Of a stretch of DNA of 31,290 bases, positions 17,623 through 25,918 are shown one piece after another (within the stretch, counting starts at the first letter, position 1; the number at the start of each line of letters is the position of its first letter). This DNA is from an uncultured virus (IMG/VR IMGVR_UViG_2651869845_000001). Lineage: Duplodnaviria; Heunggongvirae; Uroviricota; Caudoviricetes. The stretch is from the IMG/VR virus record IMGVR_UViG_2651869845_000001; one strand, 5' to 3'. A model generated the notes under the pieces. It was not told where the DNA came from, made no database searches, and was given only the letters and a program-made list of their open reading frames with translations. The position numbers and the translations under genes were made by a program.

Positions 17623-20163
17623 TCAGCGGCGCCCAGCCAGCCGCTGATCCCGGTACGGAGTGGCGACCAGGCCCGCAGATGCAGAGCCGGCCAGTTCCGT
17701 GAACAGGTGCACGGCGGCGTCCAGACGGTCCGGGGAGTCCATGCCCGGGAGCCAGGAGATGTACTGGATCTCGAGTCCCGGGAACTCTCCGACGTGGTGG
17801 ACGTGTCCGTTCTCGTAGAGTTGCGCGATGGGTTCCGCACGCAGTCGTTTCCCGACCTTCGCGGTCACCTCGATGATGCGGGGCATGAGCATGCCCTTGG
17901 TGAGCCCCTCGCGTTCCAGTTCGGCCCATGCCTGGCGAATGATCTGAGCGGCCATGTCGCCGCCGAAGTTCGATTCGACCACGAACGCGTCGGCCTCGAG
18001 CTCGATGGCCAGCAGACAGGCAGTGCGACCCCATTCGGCTGCTCCCATCTTTGATGAGCGGTCGGCGAGGAGGTACATCTCGCCTGCCTCGTCCCGGCCG
18101 CCGCCGATGAGCCCGACTTCGTCGCTGTCCTCGCGGCCGCCGGCGGTATCGATGGACACGATGGTCCGGGTGAGGTCGACGCCACGGAACGCCTGGGGGG
18201 TGATGCGGTGCTGCGTAATCCAGGGCCATTTCCATACGCCGCCCTCAAGGGGGCGTGGCTGCTGCTGGTAGAGGGCCCACCAGCCGCGTTCGCCGACGTC
18301 TTTCTTGAACCGGTCCAGGTGCTTGCGGCGGAAGCGTTCAGGCCAGAGGGGCTCTCCGAGTTGGCGTCCAAGCGGATCATCGGGAGACATAGCCAGGGCA
18401 GGCAGGTCGATGACTGTCCAATCCTCGGCGCCCTGTTGGAGGATCCGTCCGGCCAGGTCGTTCTCTGACCAGCGGGTTTGGATGACGATGATGGACCCGT
18501 TGGGTTCCATACGCGTGTTCATGACCTGCTGCCACCAGTCCCACAGGTTCGCCAGCTTGACGGGGCTGTCGGCCTCTTTGGCGTCCTTCAGCGGATCGTC
18601 GACTATGGCGATGTTTGCGCCCATCCCAGTCAGCGATCCTCCGACGCCAGCGGTAACGAGACCTCCTGGGGTGCCTGCGAGGTCGAACCGGTTGGCTGCC
18701 ATCGAGCCGTAGCGCAGCTCAACGCCGATCTGCGGACCGAACTCCTTGATGCCGTCACGGATCCACCGGCCGTGGCCTTCAGCAAGCTTGGCGGCGTAGG
18801 AGGCGATCATGACCCGGTGGTCTGGGTGTTTCGCCAGGTACCAGAGCGGAGCCCACCGTGCTGCCCGAGCACTGTTGTGCGTGGGGATCAGGGCACGCCC
18901 AACGAGGTAGAGACCGCCTTCGACCTGGATGCACCGCCCAGGCTCCGGGGCGACAGGCTCGATTGCCGCGAAGCCGACGCGTCGCTTCGTCTTCAAAGCG
19001 AGCTTGGTCGCCTTGCGCGGCAGCATTCCCTGCGGGATCCCGTCGTGCGGCGTCCAGTCCGTGACCCAACAGGCACCGCCCCTCAACGGGTGACCACCCC
19101 AAATGGACCGCTTCCGCAGGTCGGGCCCCCGCCAGGAGAGGTTCGCGCGGTATCCGAGGGTCCGAGCAAGATCGCGGACATCGCTTGCGAGTTCCTCGGA
19201 GGCAGACACGAATCGGATGCGCCCGTCACGCCCAAGGGAGCCGTCAGTGTCGACCAGACCAGCCAGAAGATCGCGCCGCTGCCGCTCGGACGCAATGAGG
19301 TAGACCTGCGGGATGTGCTTCCGCTTGAGCACGCCAGCCGCCCTGAGAGGCGCCATCAGCCCCTTGATGTACTGGTAGTGAACGCCGGTATTGGGGTGGA
19401 CCCAGCGTGCCCCCAGGACGTAGGGGATGCGGTCCGCGATGTGGTTGACGTCTTCTTCCGTTCCGCAGAACGAGGCTTTGCCGGTCGCGCCGTCACCGAG
19501 CCATACCCCAAGCGTGTAGGGGTCTACGGGAAGGTCGGCGTCGGGGTTCTGTAGCGGGCCGACCTGCGGAAGCTGGAACCGGTAGCGCCCCCCGCGCCGG
19601 CCCTCCGGCCCAGAGTGCAGTTTCTGCGTCGCCAGGTATCGCGTCTCAACGGTCCTCCACGCGCCTGCGCCTCTGTCGTACACCGACCATTCATGGTTGG
19701 GATGGACCAGGACGGATTCACCGTCGCTGAACGTGACGCGCACCTTCTCGTCCGACGGGTCTGAGACCCATTCGACCATCGCGGGGCTGCCGCTCGGGGC
19801 GTACACGTAGTCGCCTACTCGAAGGTCTCCGTGCCGCTTCCATCCCCCAGTGGTCAGCACCGGCTCCGAGTCGGCGACCTGCTTGCCGTGGCGTGGTGGC
19901 ATGTTCAGCAGGACGCGCATCCGCTCTCCGTTGGCGATGCGCACGAATGCCTTGTCGATCAGGTCAAGGTGCCGGGCCTGCCACTCTCTACCGCCGGTGA
20001 GGACCGCGGCCATCGAGCCGGGGGAGCGCCCGATGGCCATCTTCCGCTCAGCCCAGGCGAGGACCTTGCGCAGTTCGTCGTCGGCGAGGCGGGCCATGGC
20101 TGTCCGCTGGGCTGGCGGCAGACGCTGGTACCTGGCTACTTCCTCTTCGAACTGGCTGGTCAC
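17623..20163 (-). CDS. terL: Terminase large subunit containing an intein (846 aa precursor, 510 aa spliced)
   Basis: Walker A MPPRHGK/S split by insert, Walker B IAIVDDP, IQTRW coupling motif, YQQQP, nuclease VESNFGG and SPDRLDA. Confidence 0.96.
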   Translation of the reverse strand: MTSQFEEEVARYQRLPPAQRTAMARLADDELRKVLAWAERKMAIGRSPGSMAAVLTGGREWQARHLDLIDKAFVRIANGERMRVLLNMPPRHGKQVADSEPVLTTGGWKRHGDLRVGDYVYAPSGSPAMVEWVSDPSDEKVRVTFSDGESVLVHPNHEWSVYDRGAGAWRTVETRYLATQKLHSGPEGRRGGRYRFQLPQVGPLQNPDADLPVDPYTLGVWLGDGATGKASFCGTEEDVNHIADRIPYVLGARWVHPNTGVHYQYIKGLMAPLRAAGVLKRKHIPQVYLIASERQRRDLLAGLVDTDGSLGRDGRIRFVSASEELASDVRDLARTLGYRANLSWRGPDLRKRSIWGGHPLRGGACWVTDWTPHDGIPQGMLPRKATKLALKTKRRVGFAAIEPVAPEPGRCIQVEGGLYLVGRALIPTHNSARAARWAPLWYLAKHPDHRVMIASYAAKLAEGHGRWIRDGIKEFGPQIGVELRYGSMAANRFDLAGTPGGLVTAGVGGSLTGMGANIAIVDDPLKDAKEADSPVKLANLWDWWQQVMNTRMEPNGSIIVIQTRWSENDLAGRILQQGAEDWTVIDLPALAMSPDDPLGRQLGEPLWPERFRRKHLDRFKKDVGERGWWALYQQQPRPLEGGVWKWPWITQHRITPQAFRGVDLTRTIVSIDTAGGREDSDEVGLIGGGRDEAGEMYLLADRSSKMGAAEWGRTACLLAIELEADAFVVESNFGGDMAAQIIRQAWAELEREGLTKGMLMPRIIEVTAKVGKRLRAEPIAQLYENGHVHHVGEFPGLEIQYISWLPGMDSPDRLDAAVHLFTELAGSASAGLVATPYRDQRLAGRR
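18874..19881 (-). mobile_element. Class 3 intein with LAGLIDADG homing endonuclease (336 aa, TerL residues 95-430)
   Basis: QVADSEPVLTTGGW...DLRVGD (blocks A/N2), HPNHEW (B), PYTLGVWLGDG and LAGLVDTDG (C/E), RCIQVE (F), IPTHN/S (G). Confidence 0.93.
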
Positions 20164-20666
20164 CCGGTGGACGCCTCTTCAGTCCCGTCCTCGTCGTCCG
20201 CTGTGGAGGTGGCACTGTTGCGCGGGTCGGCCTGGTCGAGCCGGCTGGTGGCCTCAATGAGGGAGACGAGATCTTCGGGGCTGGCACTGGACAAAGCGAG
20301 GGGCCCGCCGTCGGCTCCGGTCACCTCGGTGCGCACGGGGGCCTTCCAGCCGTTCAGCTCGCTGAGGTCGGCTACCAGTTTCCGGGCTTGCTCGTTCGCT
20401 CGTATGTCTCCGGATGTGGCGTCGGACCATACGGCGGCGAGGAGCTGTTCGTAGCGGTCGGTCTGGAACTGTCTCCAGACGTCAGCCTCAACGTTGACTG
20501 CTTTGAGGTAGGCCCGGTAGGCGCGGGTGAAGTCTTTCGACAGGGTGTTGGGTGACATGCCGAACGATTCGGCGATGTCGTTCATGTGCTCGCCGGCGGC
20601 GCGGCGGCGGAACATTTCCTTGCGGCGTGCGGCGGTGAGGGCTTGCGCGGTTCGAGATGCTGGCAT
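20160..20666 (-). CDS. Probable terminase small subunit (HTH, 168 aa)
   Basis: ATG 20666; HTH-like MNDIAESFGMSPNTLSKD, TEVTGADGGPL motif common in TerS C-termini; GTGA overlap with terL. Confidence 0.8.
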   Translation of the reverse strand: MPASRTAQALTAARRKEMFRRRAAGEHMNDIAESFGMSPNTLSKDFTRAYRAYLKAVNVEADVWRQFQTDRYEQLLAAVWSDATSGDIRANEQARKLVADLSELNGWKAPVRTEVTGADGGPLALSSASPEDLVSLIEATSRLDQADPRNSATSTADDEDGTEEASTG

Positions 20667-20704
20667 GACGGTCGGGGCTCCCGCATGGTCGTCTGTTGTT
20701 GTGT

Positions 20705-20731
20705 CAGGCCCCGCGCCTGTTCCTGATGATC
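20705..20731 (-). promoter_or_regulatory. Putative late promoter (motif copy upstream of terS)
   Basis: Minus strand GATCAT-CAGGAAC-AGGCGCGGGGCCTG; hexamer is weaker than in the other copies. Confidence 0.55.
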
Positions 20732-20768
20732 CCTGATGTGGGCGGTTGTCTTGCCCCGGGCGCGGGTT

Positions 20769-20799
20769 GGCCCCCACCAGCGGGGGGCTGGTGGGGGCC
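20769..20799. terminator. Perfect 13-bp stem hairpin downstream of the FtsK-like gene
   Basis: ggcccccaccagc-ggggg-gctggtgggggcc; near-identical to 30466-30495. Confidence 0.65.
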
Positions 20800-20989
20800 G
20801 GGTGAGCCTGTACGGCGGGGGGTGCCGTTGGGGTGGGCTCGGGTGGGGTTTGTTTGCACGGCCCGGGTTCCTCGACACACCTCGGGCGCGGGGACGCTGA
20901 AGGCATGAGTTGTCCGGGCCGTGCTCTTTCAGGGTGGCGTATGGGGGGCTGTTTGTCCGGGCTGCTATCCCCCGGTGCTGGTGGGGGGC

Positions 20990-23323
20990 CTACGCCTCGT
21001 CGTCGGTGGCCGGGGCGTCGTCCTCGGATGCGGGTCCGAGTCCGTACATGCCTCGGGTGACTTTGCCGTCCACGATCTGGCGGTGGATCTTCCGTGCCTT
21101 GGTGAGGCTGGTGAGGGAGTTGTTCAGTGTCGGCGATCCGGCCTCGAGTCGGGCCATGGCGGCGATCTGGTCTTTGTGCTGGTAGACGGGTTCGATGCCG
21201 AGCGGGTCAGCGACTTCCTGAAGGACGCGGAGGATTTTGTCGCTGGCGCTGGCCGGCTTCTTCGGTGCGGCGGCGGGGCCGGTGAAGAACATGCCGTCCC
21301 CGTCGTCTCCGTCGCCGTCCTCGTCGTCGCCGGGGAGGACGGACTGGGTGGCGAGGTTGTGGCGGTCGTCCCAGAACGGCCAGTCGGCGGGGATGCGGAT
21401 GTCGTTCTGGTCGATGTAGGGGGTGGCGTCCTCGAGGATCCAGTTGCGCATCATCTCCGCGTGGCCGCCGGGGCTGGCGGCGAAGGCGAGTCCGAAGGTC
21501 CGCTTGGGGTCGTTGAGGGGCTTGCTGGGGTCGTAGACCATGTCGCGTTCGCCGGACCAGGCGGGGGGGATGTCGGCGGGGTTGCAGCCGGCGAAGTTTT
21601 CGGGGAGGTCGATGAGGTGTTTCTGCTGGGAGTCGGAGCGCAGCATGATCAGGGATCCGCCGTAGAAGACGTTGTCGCGGATCGCTGCGTCGCCTCCGAA
21701 CTCCTTGAGCTGCATGAGCTGGTTGGCGAGGATCACGGGCATGCCGAGGGACCTGCCGAGGGTCGCGCCGGCGTTGATGATGAACGTCGCTTCCTTGCGG
21801 TACTCAGCGTTCTCACCCAGGAGCTTGCTGGCCTCATCAAGGATCAGGGGGGCCCAGGGGCGTTCGTCGCTGGCCTGGAAATTCTTCATGCTGAGCCGCG
21901 CGGATTCTTCGACCCGGAACATCAGGCCGTGGTACCAGATGCGGAGGGCGCCCATGGCGTCGTCGGGGCCCAGGCCGGAGTAGGCGGCCATCTTCTCGAT
22001 GGCGGGGTTGGAGGAGCCCTTGGGGTCGGCGTAGATGATCGCGGAGCCGTTGACGTGGTGGGCGAGGGAGATGAGCTGGAGGGTGCCGCCCTTTCCGGAG
22101 CCGGTGACGCCGGCGATGATGCAGTGCTGCGCACCGAGGGCGGGGTCGTGGAGTTGGATGCGGGCGGGAAATCCGGAGACGCCGGGTCCGAGCTGGATGT
22201 ACCCGTTGGGGTTGGGCTTGAGGACGTGGACGCCGGGGAACACGGCGCCCTTTTCGAGGGGGTTGTGGTCCATACGGCGGATGACGGCTTCGCGGGGGTT
22301 CTGGCGGGGCTCGTAGGAGACGAGGAGCGGGTTGTCGACGCGGAGCGCACCGGCGAGGTCCATGCGGTCGGGGTGGGTGAGCCGGTCGCTGTTCTCGCCG
22401 GCGACGACGAGGGCGACTTGGCCGCCGGTGTTGGGGTCGTCCTGGATGTTCTCGAGGCGGGTGCCGTCCATGAGTCCGCCTTTGCGTGCGGCCCACTTCT
22501 GCCAGGCCCCGGCGAGGGTGGTGGGGTCGAGTTCGGGGGGCGGGGTGAGGTTGACGGTGATGTGGCGTTCCCCGGCGTGGGCGCCGGCCGTGAAGGTGAT
22601 CCAGTTGATGGGGACGCGGTAGACGGAGGACACCGTGTCGGGGGTGACGGTGACGGATGTTCCGATGGGGGCGGTGATGGTGCCGGTCCAGCGTGCGGTG
22701 CCGAGGGTGCGGAGGGTGAGGATCTGCCCGCGGTGCGCGCCGCCTTCGGGGTCGGAGATGTGACGGCCCCACAGTGCGGCGATCTGGTCTGCCGGGGTCA
22801 GGGGCTGGCTGGGCGTGTTGCTGGGGGCCTTCGCCTGGGTGGGGGTTGTCTTGGCGGGTGCGCGGCGGAGGACGTTGCGGAGCTTCCACGGGGTGAGGGC
22901 GACGGCGGCCCACCAGCCGAGGGAGACGATGCCGGGGATGGACGGGAGGGCGAGGAAGCCGGCCATGAGGGCGTCGGCACCGTCGGGGCCCATGGTGATG
23001 CCTATGCCGAGGGACATGCCGGCGGCGACGGTGGAGAGGAGCATCGGTGAGCGGTGGGCCTGGATGATGTCGCCGGCCGGCAGGTTGTCCATGAGCCCGT
23101 TCGGGAGGCGGTCCATGTAGTTGGCGAACATGAGGCTGGCGCCGGCGGCGTAGGCCACACCTGTGGTGAGTTCGGCGCCGCCATCGAGGAACGGGGCGAC
23201 GAGACCGGTGATGACGGGCGCGGCAGAGGTGGCGAGGGCGATGGTCCGTTCGGTGCCGGCCGCGCCGGGTGTGGTGTTGGTCGGGGGCTGGGTGGTGGTC
23301 TGGGGGACGGTGTCCTGGCTCAT
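20990..23323 (-). CDS. traB: TraB-like FtsK/SpoIIIE-family ATPase (777 aa)
   Basis: N-terminal hydrophobic segments, Walker A IAGVTGSGKG, ADPKG, Walker B LILDEA, GRSLGMPVILANQ, C-terminal winged-helix-like segment; ATG 23323 with GGAG RBS. Confidence 0.82.
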   Translation of the reverse strand: MSQDTVPQTTTQPPTNTTPGAAGTERTIALATSAAPVITGLVAPFLDGGAELTTGVAYAAGASLMFANYMDRLPNGLMDNLPAGDIIQAHRSPMLLSTVAAGMSLGIGITMGPDGADALMAGFLALPSIPGIVSLGWWAAVALTPWKLRNVLRRAPAKTTPTQAKAPSNTPSQPLTPADQIAALWGRHISDPEGGAHRGQILTLRTLGTARWTGTITAPIGTSVTVTPDTVSSVYRVPINWITFTAGAHAGERHITVNLTPPPELDPTTLAGAWQKWAARKGGLMDGTRLENIQDDPNTGGQVALVVAGENSDRLTHPDRMDLAGALRVDNPLLVSYEPRQNPREAVIRRMDHNPLEKGAVFPGVHVLKPNPNGYIQLGPGVSGFPARIQLHDPALGAQHCIIAGVTGSGKGGTLQLISLAHHVNGSAIIYADPKGSSNPAIEKMAAYSGLGPDDAMGALRIWYHGLMFRVEESARLSMKNFQASDERPWAPLILDEASKLLGENAEYRKEATFIINAGATLGRSLGMPVILANQLMQLKEFGGDAAIRDNVFYGGSLIMLRSDSQQKHLIDLPENFAGCNPADIPPAWSGERDMVYDPSKPLNDPKRTFGLAFAASPGGHAEMMRNWILEDATPYIDQNDIRIPADWPFWDDRHNLATQSVLPGDDEDGDGDDGDGMFFTGPAAAPKKPASASDKILRVLQEVADPLGIEPVYQHKDQIAAMARLEAGSPTLNNSLTSLTKARKIHRQIVDGKVTRGMYGLGPASEDDAPATDDEA

Positions 23324-23374
23324 GGTGGGCTCCAAACGGGGTTGGCGGACGCGGACAGGCAGGCGGTGCGAGGG

Positions 23375-23755
23375 CTATTCCTGGGCGAACCAGGTGCGGT
23401 TAACGGCGCTCAGGTCGACCGGGGATCGGTTGAACGCCTCGGCGATGCCCTGGTGGGAGTCGCGGTTCTGGTCGTGGGCGGCCTGGGCGGCGCGGGCAGT
23501 GGTGTCGGCGGTGGATACGTAGGCGGTGGCGGAGGCGCTGAGGCCGTCCATGAGGCGGGCGAGGCCCCGGGTTTCGGCGACGGTGTCCGGGTCGATGCCC
23601 ATGCCAGCGATGCCCTCCGCGGTACGGGCGGTGTCGACGGCGGCATCGCTGATGACCAGAGACTCGCCCTTGATGGCTTCGGATCCGCGGGAGACCCGCT
23701 TCGCAAAACCGGTGACCGCGCTGTTGAGCTGCCGGTAGGTGATCTTGTCGGGCAT
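23375..23755 (-). CDS. Small helical-hairpin protein next to TraB-like gene (126 aa)
   Basis: Ala-rich amphipathic helices around a GIDPDT turn; 1-nt overlap with upstream stop. Confidence 0.8.
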   Translation of the reverse strand: MPDKITYRQLNSAVTGFAKRVSRGSEAIKGESLVISDAAVDTARTAEGIAGMGIDPDTVAETRGLARLMDGLSASATAYVSTADTTARAAQAAHDQNRDSHQGIAEAFNRSPVDLSAVNRTWFAQE

Positions 23756-25794
23756 CAGTTGGACTCCTTGTAGTAGGCCATTTCGGCGGGGCCGGTCTCG
23801 GGCGAGTCGACGACGGCCTTGTACATGCCGGAGTAGCGGGTGCTCACGTTCGTGAGGACGGCGTTGCAGGCGTCAGCAGACCGGACTGCCCTCTTGTAGA
23901 CCTGCTCCGCGTCGGCGGCCTGGGCCTTGGCCTTGTCCGCGAGGCGTACGAGCTTCCCGGTGAGCCTGTCGCCACCTTCGATGCTCTTGGCCTGTTCGAG
24001 GTAGGTCTGTGCTTCTCCTGCCTGGTTCTGGGCGTGGACGTGGAGCTTCTTCGTGGTCTCCGCGACCGTCGCAAGAGCGAGAGCGCGTTCGGTGAGACGC
24101 CGCTCGAACTGCTTGAGGGAGCGGACTTCGCCGCGGCTGACGGTGTTCCGGGCGGATCCTTCACCGAGGTAGAGGTGGGTGCCGTCAATCCGGTCGACCT
24201 TGATGGGCTGCGGGCCGGCCGGTGCGGGCTGCAGGCGTTCGAGGCGTTCGTCGATGTCTTTGCCGATCTTGTCGGCGACTTCCTGGTCGCCGGCTTCGGC
24301 CGCTGAGGTTTGCATCCAGCGGAGGGTGCTGATGGCTTCTTCGTCGGTCAGCTTGGGTTCGGCGGGCACGGGGGCTCCTGTCTGGTGGTAGTCCGCACTG
24401 GATCGGGGGGTGGCCAGCGGGCTCTCCTCGATCTGCTTCTTGTGGTCGGCGTGGGCTTTGTCGAGGCGCTTCTTCTCCTGTGCGGCGGCCTCGGTGACGT
24501 CGCTGTAGCCGTCCTTGACGCCGTCGCGGTACGCCTTGACGTGGGCGGTGGTCTTGCCGATGCGGGTGCCGTCCCGGTAGCCGGTCTCGCGTGAATCGCG
24601 GACGCTGAACGTCTTGCCGGTCTTGCCCTTGGTGCCGTCCGGGGTTTCGTGTCCCTTCGCTGGGGGCTTGTCGGGGGTGGTCTTCTTCGTGAGGTCGTTC
24701 TTCTTGTCGGTGCTGGCCGGCTTGGCGTTGGAGTCCTTCGTGGCCGCGGTGTCCTTGGTCGAAGCGCCGGGTGTGCTCGTGGTGCCCTTCGGGTCGGTCT
24801 TCCGGCCGGCCTTCGGATCGGGCTGCTTCCGGCTGTCCTTGTCCGACTTCGGGTCCTTGGGGTCCTTCCGCAGGCTGATGCGCCCGCGGTCGCTGCTGCC
24901 GTCGTTCTTGGGGGTCTTGGGGCTGTCGCCCTTGGGGCCCTGGCCGCCGCCGGGTGCCGTCTTGGCGTTGCTGCCGGCCTGCCCGGAGGGTCCGGCCTTG
25001 CCGCCGGCGGAGGTTCCGCTGTTCTTCTGGTTGCTGCCGTTCGGCGTCTTCGGGGCGGTGCCGCCCCCCGCAGCGCCCTTGCCGTCGGCGCCTTTGCTCC
25101 CGGCGCCCTTCGGGCCCTTGGAGCTGGAGTCCGGCTTGGGCTGCTTGTGAGCGCCGCCGCCAGGCTGCTTGCTGCCGCCCCCCGAGCCGGCACCTGAACC
25201 GCCGCTCCCACCACTGCGGCCGGGCCCAGAGCCGTTCCCGGACCGTCCTGACGGGCCCTTATTGGTGCTGCCGTTGGTGTTCTTCGGGCCTTTAACCGGA
25301 CCCTTTCCAGGGCCTTTAGAGGCGCCCTTACCTGATGCTGAATTAGAGCCCTTACCGGAGGCACCTGAACCGCCGGAGAAGAGGCCTCCGGAGCGGTTCA
25401 AGGACACCTGCCGGGTTTCCTTGACCTGCATGGCGGAGGCTTTCGCTTTCCGCATGTCGAGACGCTTGTTCTGTGTGCCACCGCCCTTGGCCCAACGGGT
25501 TGCCCCGGCAAGGAACCAGGCCCGGATGATGCCCTTCTTTTCCGTGGTCGAGCTGTTGCTGCTGCCGGTTTTGTCGTCGGCGTCAGTGGTGCCGTGGTAG
25601 GTGGCGCTGCTGGTCCCGTCAACGGGGGCTTCGGGTGTCCCGGTGGTGGTCAGGTCGGGGCCGGTGGGGGCGGGTCGGGCGGGTCCGATGGGGGTGAGCA
25701 TGGTGGAGAAGAGGCCCGCACTGGGGGTGGTGGCGGGGGTGTTCGGGGTCGGGTCGTTGGGGTTGGGGACGGGGGCGGGGATGGCGTCGGCCAC
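23755..25794 (-). CDS. Large protein with G/K/S/P low-complexity region and C-terminal helical domain (679 aa)
   Basis: GTG with GAGGAG RBS; long basic disordered centre, GYRDG..AYRDGVKDGY motif, helical C-terminus. Confidence 0.85.
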   Translation of the reverse strand: MADAIPAPVPNPNDPTPNTPATTPSAGLFSTMLTPIGPARPAPTGPDLTTTGTPEAPVDGTSSATYHGTTDADDKTGSSNSSTTEKKGIIRAWFLAGATRWAKGGGTQNKRLDMRKAKASAMQVKETRQVSLNRSGGLFSGGSGASGKGSNSASGKGASKGPGKGPVKGPKNTNGSTNKGPSGRSGNGSGPGRSGGSGGSGAGSGGGSKQPGGGAHKQPKPDSSSKGPKGAGSKGADGKGAAGGGTAPKTPNGSNQKNSGTSAGGKAGPSGQAGSNAKTAPGGGQGPKGDSPKTPKNDGSSDRGRISLRKDPKDPKSDKDSRKQPDPKAGRKTDPKGTTSTPGASTKDTAATKDSNAKPASTDKKNDLTKKTTPDKPPAKGHETPDGTKGKTGKTFSVRDSRETGYRDGTRIGKTTAHVKAYRDGVKDGYSDVTEAAAQEKKRLDKAHADHKKQIEESPLATPRSSADYHQTGAPVPAEPKLTDEEAISTLRWMQTSAAEAGDQEVADKIGKDIDERLERLQPAPAGPQPIKVDRIDGTHLYLGEGSARNTVSRGEVRSLKQFERRLTERALALATVAETTKKLHVHAQNQAGEAQTYLEQAKSIEGGDRLTGKLVRLADKAKAQAADAEQVYKRAVRSADACNAVLTNVSTRYSGMYKAVVDSPETGPAEMAYYKESN

Positions 25795-25818
25795 TTCATC
25801 AACTCCTCACTGTGGGTT

Positions 25819-25918
25819 ACTACTCCCTACCGGCTTCCCGGCCGAAGAACCCGAATCGGTGATCCCTTACGTGTGACGGATCATGGGTTCTTCGGTCGGG
25901 AGGTAGGTAGGAAGTAGT
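25819..25918. repeat. ~100-nt imperfect inverted repeat (34-bp arms)
   Basis: 25819-25852 vs reverse complement of 25885-25918 match at 29/34; inner tgatcc/ggatca stem. Confidence 0.9.

Larger units (their letters stand above)
1..20666 (-). mobile_element. Siphovirus-type prophage packaging and virion morphogenesis module (continues beyond the left edge)
   Basis: Co-directional, tightly packed genes in lambdoid order terS-terL-portal-scaffold-decoration-MCP-head/tail joining-tail tube-chaperones-tape measure-Dit-minor tails; many ATGA/GTGA overlaps; no evident pseudogenes. Confidence 0.95.

Noticed and set aside
19881..19902. TerL inactivated by loss of the Walker A Ser
   Set aside because: The Ser is the +1 extein residue (18871-18873) and is restored by splicing.
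1..20666. Tailocin, contractile injection system or gene transfer agent
   Set aside because: No sheath or contractile baseplate genes; full head and packaging set with a long tape measure. GTA-like behaviour cannot be judged from this window.
20990..23323. Chromosomal cell-division FtsK or type VII EccC
   Set aside because: Single ATPase domain within mobile-element genes; no EccB/EccD/mycosin or housekeeping context.
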